From Treponemataceae bacterium (GTDB taxonomy: Bacteria > Spirochaetota > Spirochaetia > Treponematales > Rectinemataceae), in contig CAXXGJ010000006.1 in NCBI GenBank assembly GCA_963677895.2, positions 352,001 through 416,000 on the forward strand: a DNA stretch of 64,000 nt, read 5' to 3'. Both the position numbers and the translations under genes were made by a program. Of this stretch, positions 57,164 to 64,000 are shown one piece after another. Numbering within the stretch: the first letter of the stretch is position 1; every line of letters starts with the position of its first letter. Under the pieces are notes generated by a model. It ran no database searches, was not told the origin of the DNA, and worked only from the letters and a program-made list of their open reading frames with translations.

Positions 57164-58453
57164 CTAAAATTTCGCGTGGCTGTAGCTGAAAAGATAGTCG
57201 AGATACCTCGATTTCATCTGCCTGCTTGCCAGTATCTGTTTGGCGGGGGGCAGTTTCAGGATTACGCCGAGTATAGCCGCCATCGCGCGGTGGCTGGCGA
57301 GAGCCTGGTTGTCGAAGATGAGGTTCTGCAGTTTTCCCCGCTCGATCGCCATGATGACGGTCCTGTGCGCCCCGTTGACCGGCGTGATGACGCGTTTTTC
57401 CCGCGAGACGAGCGCAATGGACTTTGTCGGGCAGGCTCTCGCGCAGAGGCCGCAGCCCAGACAGATCTCAGCGTTGAGCCGGGCCTTTTTACGTCTGGCG
57501 TTGTGGGGATCGCCGGCGCTCACGAGGCTCATCGCCTCGACGGGGCAGACCTCGGCGCACTTGCCGCAGCCGGAGCAGGCGCCAGCGTCGACGGCTGGCA
57601 GGAAATTCGTCGTGCTGATGGGGTTCAGGACGGCGAAACGCTTCGCGGCGAGCATGGCTTCGCAGCAGCAGCCGCAGCAGTTGCAGATGAACGACACCGA
57701 CTGGCGTACGTTCTCGCCGAACTGGACGAGGTTGTGCCCAACGGCCGTGTCGAGGAGATCGAGGCCTTCCTGGACGTCGACGCTGCGCGCGACGCCGTGC
57801 TTTACAAGCGATTCGGCGGCGCCGCCGAAGGTCATGCAGATTTCCAGAGGAGCCTCGCAGGCCTTCCCGAGGTGCCGCATCTTGTGGCGGCAATAGCAGG
57901 TGCCGATTCCCCGGTGGCTGGCCGTCTTTATCACCTCGCTCGCCTTTTCGTAATCCAGGACGTGGAGACAATTCTCTTCGGACAAGGATGGCTCGCTGAC
58001 GAAGACGCGGCCGAGCTGCGTCTCTCCGCCCGCGAAAAGGTTCTTTATGAAGTCTTCCTCGACGTTGAGGTACCGGTAGTACAGCTCGGCCAGCAGCCTC
58101 TGGTCGTAGCTTCCGCCGATCCGCATCATGGAAAACTCGAAGAAACCCGCCATGGGCGGCGGCATGCAGAAGATCTGCTTTCCCTCGGGATTTTCCGTGT
58201 CCAGGATCATCCCGCGATCGGCGAGGGCTTCCAGGGCTGTTCTCGCCTCATCCTCGGTCGTTTTCCAGTTTTTCGCCGCGGCCGCGGCCGTGAAAGGCCG
58301 CAGAGGGAGGAGGGCGATGCGGTCGGCTTCCTTTTCGGAGAACAGCACCGCGAGGATCTTGTAGAGGAGATCCTCGACGGGCGCGCCCTGAGGCATGAGG
58401 TTGATGTGTTCGGCGAGGTGGCTGTAACCATTCTTCAAGGTATGGTGTGCCAT
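57164..58453 (-). CDS. 4Fe-4S dicluster-domain protein
   Basis: CYCRH, CNCCGCCC, CSGCGKCAEVCP, CLGCGLCARACP. Confidence 0.85.
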   Translation of the reverse strand: MAHHTLKNGYSHLAEHINLMPQGAPVEDLLYKILAVLFSEKEADRIALLPLRPFTAAAAAKNWKTTEDEARTALEALADRGMILDTENPEGKQIFCMPPPMAGFFEFSMMRIGGSYDQRLLAELYYRYLNVEEDFIKNLFAGGETQLGRVFVSEPSLSEENCLHVLDYEKASEVIKTASHRGIGTCYCRHKMRHLGKACEAPLEICMTFGGAAESLVKHGVARSVDVQEGLDLLDTAVGHNLVQFGENVRQSVSFICNCCGCCCEAMLAAKRFAVLNPISTTNFLPAVDAGACSGCGKCAEVCPVEAMSLVSAGDPHNARRKKARLNAEICLGCGLCARACPTKSIALVSREKRVITPVNGAHRTVIMAIERGKLQNLIFDNQALASHRAMAAILGVILKLPPAKQILASRQMKSRYLDYLFSYSHAKF

Positions 58454-58593
58454 GATGCCCAAACGATAGCACCCCTATATCGCGCCTGCAAGATTCGCCT
58501 GACGCCGCTCTCGACCGGCAATCCGTTATCGGGGCGAGAAACAGTTTCGTCTGACTTTTTTTGTGGTATCATTCTATGGGAGAAGGAGAGTTC

Positions 58594-59295
58594 ATGAAAA
58601 AGTTGGTGCTTTTCATATTCGTCGCGGTCATGATGGCGTCCTGCTCGACGACCAAAACCCTCGTCATGGAGATCGACAGCATCGGAAGGGATGCTGTCCC
58701 GGAGAAACGCAACTATATTTTCGTTCCGACGGATTCCAGCATAAAAACCGGCGACCTCCGTTTCGAGAAATACACGGGCTATATCGAAAAGGTCCTTTCG
58801 AGAAAAGGGTACAGGAAGGTTTCGGCCGCGGAAGACGCGAATATCATTGTCTATGTGATGTATGGCGTCGGCGAGCCGCAGGAGCATCAATATGCGTACC
58901 GCGTACCCGTGTTCGGCCTTGTCCCTTCTATACCGAAATCCCCGCCTCCTCCGCCTTACGGCCATAACCCGCCGCCGCCCTATCCGCCGTACCCGCCCAT
59001 CAGGTCATACAGTCCGACCTTTGGGATCATCGGCTCCTCGACGCATTACGAAACCTACACGACCTATTTCCGCTACTGCAAGATCGAAGCCTTCGATTTC
59101 GACTTGCTGCGGGAAAACAATGTCGAAAGGCAGCTCTGGTCCACCGTCATAACGAGCACTGGACGAGACGGCGATCTCAGGCAGATTATGCCCTATCTGA
59201 TCGCGGGAGCGGAGGACTATATCGCCACCGATACGGGCCGCAAGATAGAGATCCAGGTCGACATCGACGACGAGCAGATCCAGGAGTACCACTGA
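58594..59295 (+). CDS. Lipoprotein of unknown function (DUF4136-like) with a proline-rich insert
   Basis: Lipobox MMASC; PKSPPPPPYGHNPPPPYPPYPP; AGGAG RBS. Confidence 0.7.
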   Translation: MKKLVLFIFVAVMMASCSTTKTLVMEIDSIGRDAVPEKRNYIFVPTDSSIKTGDLRFEKYTGYIEKVLSRKGYRKVSAAEDANIIVYVMYGVGEPQEHQYAYRVPVFGLVPSIPKSPPPPPYGHNPPPPYPPYPPIRSYSPTFGIIGSSTHYETYTTYFRYCKIEAFDFDLLRENNVERQLWSTVITSTGRDGDLRQIMPYLIAGAEDYIATDTGRKIEIQVDIDDEQIQEYH

Positions 59296-59313
59296 CAACA
59301 CGGATCCGCGCTC

Positions 59314-60204
59314 TCATGACTCCGGGAGATGCCTCGCCAGAAACGCCGCGATCTCCGTTCCGCGATCGATGATGACGTGCCCCTTGTCCTCCAGCACGTG
59401 GATTTCGGCCTGGGGCAGAAGCGCGGAGAGCCTGCGAGCGGTTGCCCTCGTGTCGAGAAGGGCGTCGTGGACTCCGCCGAAGTACTGGATGGGCATGGTG
59501 AGCCGCCGCAACTCGTCGTCGCTGAAGATGGGGATCGGTTCAGTGAGCGGCGTGAAGTTGGCCGTGACCAGCGCCTGGAAATCGTGGATTTCCTCCGGCA
59601 CTTCGGTATTGTAGTAGATAGCCTTGTTCATGAGCGCCCGTCCCCTTTCCCCGAGAAGCATGAAAAACATCATTTTGGGCAGGAAGCTGGATTTTTGGGC
59701 CGCGATGCCTCCTGGTACGAGAAGGGAGAGGGCGCTGACCCGCTCGGGGTAGGCTGCCGCGAAGCTCAACGCGTAGAAACCGCCGAGACTCATCCCCAGC
59801 AGCGCCGCGCTTTTCAGCCCGAGCCCGTCCAGGACCGAGCCGAGCCAGTCTGCCGGCTGGCTTGAATTGAGCGGCATCCTTACAGGCTCGCTCAAGCCCG
59901 GCTCTCCGGGAATGTCGACGCAGTACAATGAAAACGATGTCGCGAATTCCGGTATCATGCCCAGCCATGTGGCGCTGTTGGCCATGGAGCCGTGAAGCAG
60001 GATGAGCGGCGGTTTCGACGGATCGCCGCAGCCGACGATATGCGTTCTTCCCGGCGGCGTTGGGACATGGAATCTCTTCAGCGGAATTTGCGTGTACGAA
60101 TCCAAGGCCTTCCGGTAATAGCTTTCCACGGCGGCGCGCCCTTCTTCCGATTTGTAGACGCCCCGGCGCGTGGCGGCGTCTCGCGGCGCGATGCCCGATT
60201 TCAT
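59314..60204 (-). CDS. Alpha/beta hydrolase
   Basis: LILLHG, DIPGEPGLS, GMSLGG nucleophile elbow, KGH. Confidence 0.88.
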   Translation of the reverse strand: MKSGIAPRDAATRRGVYKSEEGRAAVESYYRKALDSYTQIPLKRFHVPTPPGRTHIVGCGDPSKPPLILLHGSMANSATWLGMIPEFATSFSLYCVDIPGEPGLSEPVRMPLNSSQPADWLGSVLDGLGLKSAALLGMSLGGFYALSFAAAYPERVSALSLLVPGGIAAQKSSFLPKMMFFMLLGERGRALMNKAIYYNTEVPEEIHDFQALVTANFTPLTEPIPIFSDDELRRLTMPIQYFGGVHDALLDTRATARRLSALLPQAEIHVLEDKGHVIIDRGTEIAAFLARHLPES

Positions 60205-60208
60205 GTCG

Positions 60209-60673
60209 TCATTCCTCCTTCTGGGCGGCGAGAAGATCAAAGGTGCCGAGCACGGCGGCGATGAACTTCGGACTGCCGTAGAGGACGTATTTCGCCTTCC
60301 GGATTTCGGGGTAGTAGAAGAAGTCGAAGCGCGTCTTGCCCCAGGAATTGTCCTTGCCGTTGAGCATGGCCATGAGGGAATTGGAAATCCGGCTCGCCTC
60401 CTCCGAATTCTCTTCGTCTATCTCCACCACCGCCGACACGGCGATTCTCTCCGCGAGATTAGCGGAGTCCGTTTTGTTCGTTTCCTGGCGGGGTTTTTCC
60501 TCGACGGCGAATTCGCTGTGGGCGTATTCCTTGAGTTCGTCCCGGCTGACCATCCAGGATCGGCCTATTTTGCGCGCCTTGATTTTCCCTTCGTGAATGA
60601 AACGCAGGATTGTTTTGGGGTGAAGCTTGAGGATATCCGATAAATCGGCGATGGAATACAGTTTATGTTCCAT
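60209..60673 (-). CDS. Excisionase-like (HTH_17) DNA-binding regulator
   Basis: LYSIADLSDILKLHPKTILRFIHEGKIKARKIGRSW. Confidence 0.85.
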   Translation of the reverse strand: MEHKLYSIADLSDILKLHPKTILRFIHEGKIKARKIGRSWMVSRDELKEYAHSEFAVEEKPRQETNKTDSANLAERIAVSAVVEIDEENSEEASRISNSLMAMLNGKDNSWGKTRFDFFYYPEIRKAKYVLYGSPKFIAAVLGTFDLLAAQKEE

Positions 60674-60774
60674 AATGCTCCCTAAAATAGACAGTAATTA
60701 TCTATTATGGGGAGTTTATGGTAATATGTTGAAAGTTGTCAAGAACTAAAAGTAATAATAAGGAACATTTCTTA

Positions 60775-61770
60775 TCAGGCCATCGCGCTTTTCCATCGGC
60801 CGAGAATTTCCTCCATCTCCCTGTTCATCGTCGGATCGGGAACTTTGAGCTCGGGGCGCGCGTCATACCAGGCCAGAGCGCGGCGTATTCCCTCGGGGAA
60901 TGAGACGGAAGGGTGGAATTCCGGCACGAATCGCCTGATCTTCGAGTTGTCGAAGAGGACGCTGACCGCCTTGTCGCCTAGAAGGCCGGCTCCCCGTTCG
61001 TGATTGATCCGGGCGATGTACTCCGAGGGGATGCGGACGAGCCTTGGCTCGACGCCTAGGGCTTCCGCGGTGATGGCGTGGATGGCGGACCAGGTCAGGT
61101 GGTCGTCGGAGGTGATGTGGAAGGCTTCCGAGAGCGCCGCCGGATTTCCCAGCAACCCGACCAGGCCCACCGCGAAATCGGAGGCGTGGGTGAGGGTCCA
61201 CAATGACTGTCCGTCGCCGGGCACGATCACTTCCTTCCCTTCCTTGAGGCGCCAGGCGAGGCCGTAGCTGCCCGATCCGAAACAGCCTGGTATCCATCCG
61301 TCGCCGTAGGTGTGCGAGGGGCGGATGATCGTATAGGGAAAGGAGCGTTCCCGCGCCTTGGTCGTCAGAATCTTTTCGCAGGCGATTTTCTGCCGCGAAT
61401 AGTCCCAGAAGGGATTTTCGAGGGGCGTCGATTCGGTGATGACGGGGCTGAGCGATGGTTTTTGATACGCCGAGCAGGTGCTTATCAGCACATACTGATC
61501 TGTAACGCCATCAAACACATCCATGTCCGCTTCTACGTGTTCGGGACGGTAAGCGAGGAACTGCACGACGCTGTCGAACCTGAGCCCCGCGATCGCCGCC
61601 TTCACGGTTTCCGGATTCCTGATATCGGCCTTGAGGACTTTTGCGCGCGCGTTTTTGCGCTCAGGCCTGCTTCCCCGGTTCAGATGGAACACTTCGAAGC
61701 CTTTTTCCAAGGCTCGCTCGCTGCAGGCCGAGGAGATGTTGCCGGTGCCACCGATAAAAAGTACGCGCAT
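60775..61770 (-). CDS. NAD-dependent epimerase/dehydratase family protein
   Basis: MRVLFIGGTGNIS, YSRQK (YxxxK), RPSHTY. Confidence 0.88.
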   Translation of the reverse strand: MRVLFIGGTGNISSACSERALEKGFEVFHLNRGSRPERKNARAKVLKADIRNPETVKAAIAGLRFDSVVQFLAYRPEHVEADMDVFDGVTDQYVLISTCSAYQKPSLSPVITESTPLENPFWDYSRQKIACEKILTTKARERSFPYTIIRPSHTYGDGWIPGCFGSGSYGLAWRLKEGKEVIVPGDGQSLWTLTHASDFAVGLVGLLGNPAALSEAFHITSDDHLTWSAIHAITAEALGVEPRLVRIPSEYIARINHERGAGLLGDKAVSVLFDNSKIRRFVPEFHPSVSFPEGIRRALAWYDARPELKVPDPTMNREMEEILGRWKSAMA

Positions 61771-61799
61771 TGGATCACCCCTTGGGTTTCGCTTTTTTC

Positions 61800-61828
61800 T
61801 TGACAACTGACGTCTTACAACTTAAGAT
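61800..61828 (+). promoter_or_regulatory. sigma70 promoter for the M24-TTT operon
   Basis: TTGACA, 17-nt spacer, TAAGAT. An opposing TTGACA (TGTCAA at 61849-61854) could serve the divergent gene. Confidence 0.6.
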
Positions 61829-61880
61829 TATGAACAAGTACAGTGGTTTGTCAAGGAAGATAGCCGGACAAGGAGCGTCG

Positions 61881-62987
61881 ATGTTCGAATTTGTGCCCGA
61901 AGAGATCGAGGAAAAGAAGCGCCGAGTCAGAACCCTCCTCGAGAAGCTCGAGCTGGACGCGATCTACCTGAAGAAGAGCGCCAATTTTTCCTGGGCGACG
62001 GGAGGCGGCTACAATATCGTGGGCATGGCGACCGAAATCGGCATCGCCGGCATTCTCATCACCGCCAATCGGGAATATGTCGTCTGCAGCAATATCGAAG
62101 CGGCGCGGATGGAAAAGGAAGAGCGCCTCGTCGAACAGGGTTATGAAATAGTCAGTTTTCCCTGGAACGACGATCAGGAAGCGGCGATCGTCGGATCACT
62201 CGGGGGGCCAAGGCTCGGCGCCGACCACGGTCTGGCTGGCGCGACGGACATCTCGTCGAAGATACAGCCCCTCCGATATTCGCTGACTCCATGGGAGCTC
62301 GTCCGTTACCGGAAGCAGGCGCTCGACACGGCGCGCATCGCCGAGGAAACCGCCATAGGCATAAGGCCGGGCGAGGAGGAGAGGGCCGTGATCGGCAGAC
62401 TTTCCGAAAAACTGTGGAAGAGCGGAATGGATTTCATCATCGCTTTTTGCGCCGCCGACGACCGCATCGCCCGCTTTCGCCATCCCGTAGCCACGGACAG
62501 GAAGATCGACCGAAGGGCGATGATCAGCGTGAATTCCAGAAAACGCGGCCTGATCGTATCCATCACGCGTTTCGTGCAGTTCGGCAAGGTCCCCGCCGAT
62601 CTCAGGCGGTTGTATGAAGACAATGTCTACGTTGACTCCGTCATGATGGCCGCCACCCTGCCCGGACGCCCGGCCGCGGAAGTCTATGACGCGGCGCTTC
62701 GCGCCTACGCCGAAAAAGGCTATCCCGAGGAGTACAAGCTTCACCACCAGGGCGGTTCCATCGGCTATGCGGGCAGAGACTACAAAGTCACCGCCGCGAC
62801 GAAGGAAATCATACAGGAAAATCAGGCATTCACGTGGAATCCATCCATTACGGGAATGAAGAGCGAGGATACGATGCTCGCCACGGCCAAAGGTCCGGTT
62901 GTCCTGTCAGAACCCGCGCTTTTCCCCGTTCTGACGATGGAGAAAGACGGTTTCGCGTTCCGAAGACCAGGGATTCTGGAGTTGTAG
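61881..62987 (+). CDS. M24 / creatinase-fold hydrolase with atypical metal ligands
   Basis: Creatinase-like N-domain (NFSWATGG), SITR, HHQGG, TWNPS, KSEDT. Confidence 0.8.
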   Translation: MFEFVPEEIEEKKRRVRTLLEKLELDAIYLKKSANFSWATGGGYNIVGMATEIGIAGILITANREYVVCSNIEAARMEKEERLVEQGYEIVSFPWNDDQEAAIVGSLGGPRLGADHGLAGATDISSKIQPLRYSLTPWELVRYRKQALDTARIAEETAIGIRPGEEERAVIGRLSEKLWKSGMDFIIAFCAADDRIARFRHPVATDRKIDRRAMISVNSRKRGLIVSITRFVQFGKVPADLRRLYEDNVYVDSVMMAATLPGRPAAEVYDAALRAYAEKGYPEEYKLHHQGGSIGYAGRDYKVTAATKEIIQENQAFTWNPSITGMKSEDTMLATAKGPVVLSEPALFPVLTMEKDGFAFRRPGILEL

Positions 62988-63030
62988 GACGGGGAAACCG
63001 TCCTCCGAACCAATCAATAGGAGGCTTTCG

Positions 63031-64000
63031 ATGAAGATGAAGAGACTGGTGCTTCTCGTCTCCGCGTTCGTTCTTTTCGCTGCGCTCAATGTCGGGGCCC
63101 AGCAGAAGAAATTTCCCGAAAGGGAGCTCGAAGTCATGGTGCCCTGGGCCGCCGGCGGAGCGACCGACGTCATGGTGCGCATCTTCGCGCCCGTCATCCA
63201 GAAGTATTTGGGCGTTCCTCTCCTCGTCACCAACAAACCGGGCGGGGCGGCAGTTCCGGGCTACGTCGAGGCGATGACGAAGAAGAATGATGGCCACTAC
63301 CTCGTCGCCTGGGCGACTCCCTCCCTCACGGTCACCCATATGCAGAAAACGCCCTACGACGCCAACAGTTTTGAACCCGTCATCGACGTCGTCATGGCGC
63401 CGGTATGGTTCCTGGCTCCCGCCAATTCGCCCTACAACAACCTGAAGGATCTGGTCGAGGACGCGAAGAAGCGCCCCGGCATGGTCAACCTGGGCAACGC
63501 GGGCGCCGGCGGCGGCACCCATATGATAGCCCTGGCCTTCGAATCGGCCGTCGGCGTCAAGTTCAATCACGTTCCGCACGCGGGCGGCAACCCGGCGGTG
63601 ACGGCGGCGGTCGCCGGCCAGGTGGACGCGATCACCTGCGGGCCGCCCGAAGGCGTGCCCCAGCTCGCGGCTGGCCAGCTGAAGTGCCTCGGCATCTTCT
63701 CCGAAGCCCGTCTCAAGGAATTCCCCAACTACCCGACAGCCGTGGAATTGGGCTACGATTTCGCCATGGGCCAGTGGAGGGGAATCGCCGCGCTCAAGGG
63801 CACCGATCCCGCTAAGATCAAGATCCTGCACGATGGCTTCAAGGCGGCCATGGCCGACCCTGAGTTCATAAGGCTCGCGGCTCAGTCGGGTCTTCTTCTG
63901 GATTACCGCAATACCGAGGACTTCAGGAAGCTCATCCAGAAGGAAGACGCCTACTACGAGAAGGTCGTGAAAGACAACAAACTGGGCAGCAAGTACAAAT
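63031..64000 (+). CDS. tctC: TTT substrate-binding protein TctC (stop falls at or beyond the window edge)
   Basis: Absent from the ORF track, so translated by hand: MKMKRLVLL...FPERELEVMVPWAAGGATD...NKPGG, open to the window end; GGAGG RBS. Confidence 0.88.
   Translation, partial: MKMKRLVLLVSAFVLFAALNVGAQQKKFPERELEVMVPWAAGGATDVMVRIFAPVIQKYLGVPLLVTNKPGGAAVPGYVEAMTKKNDGHYLVAWATPSLTVTHMQKTPYDANSFEPVIDVVMAPVWFLAPANSPYNNLKDLVEDAKKRPGMVNLGNAGAGGGTHMIALAFESAVGVKFNHVPHAGGNPAVTAAVAGQVDAITCGPPEGVPQLAAGQLKCLGIFSEARLKEFPNYPTAVELGYDFAMGQWRGIAALKGTDPAKIKILHDGFKAAMADPEFIRLAAQSGLLLDYRNTEDFRKLIQKEDAYYEKVVKDNKLGSKYK

Noticed and set aside
57104..58597. 497-aa plus-strand ORF (and similar ones at 35206-36609, 55512-56741 and 62848-63831)
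   Set aside because: These are antisense shadows of well-supported genes.
60209..60673. Excisionase as evidence of a prophage or ICE
   Set aside because: No integrase, att site or phage genes are nearby, and the context fits a regulator.
1..64000. CRISPR arrays, tRNA/rRNA genes, IS elements, integron attC sites
   Set aside because: I saw no regularly spaced repeats, cloverleaf or rRNA signatures, transposase motifs or convincing attC structures. A manual read could miss weak cases.

Overview
A GC-rich bacterial chromosomal window. The gene content suggests an anaerobe, possibly Spirochaetales-like, but the taxonomy is only an inference. It is dominated by nutrient-scavenging loci: a FadR/GntR-controlled opine-dehydrogenase / UroD-family / tripartite tricarboxylate transporter (TTT) cluster; a DUF3494 ice-binding-type lipoprotein; a stand-alone rsmH; a LapG-like lipoprotein; a UgpB-like ABC operon with a LacI-SBP fusion regulator; and two tandem secreted double-peptidase fusions (S12+S41 and S12+S9). 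Further on are a REC-PAS-GAF-HD-GYP protein; a type I restriction-modification operon (hsdR-M-S) plus rhuM; two acyltransferases; asnA; a sigma54-driven hydroxyacid dehydrogenase / PrpF / TTT / RraA / aconitase operon; an Opp system with an embedded M14 peptidase; and the start of a third TTT locus. I found no rRNA, tRNA, CRISPR array, integrase or transposase. The most unusual signals are a perfect DNA palindrome inside the rhuM coding sequence, a second palindrome of the same design just after the rhuM stop, the tandem bifunctional peptidases, and two catabolic operons of unknown substrate with readable operators. All family assignments come from motif recognition by eye, not from database searches.
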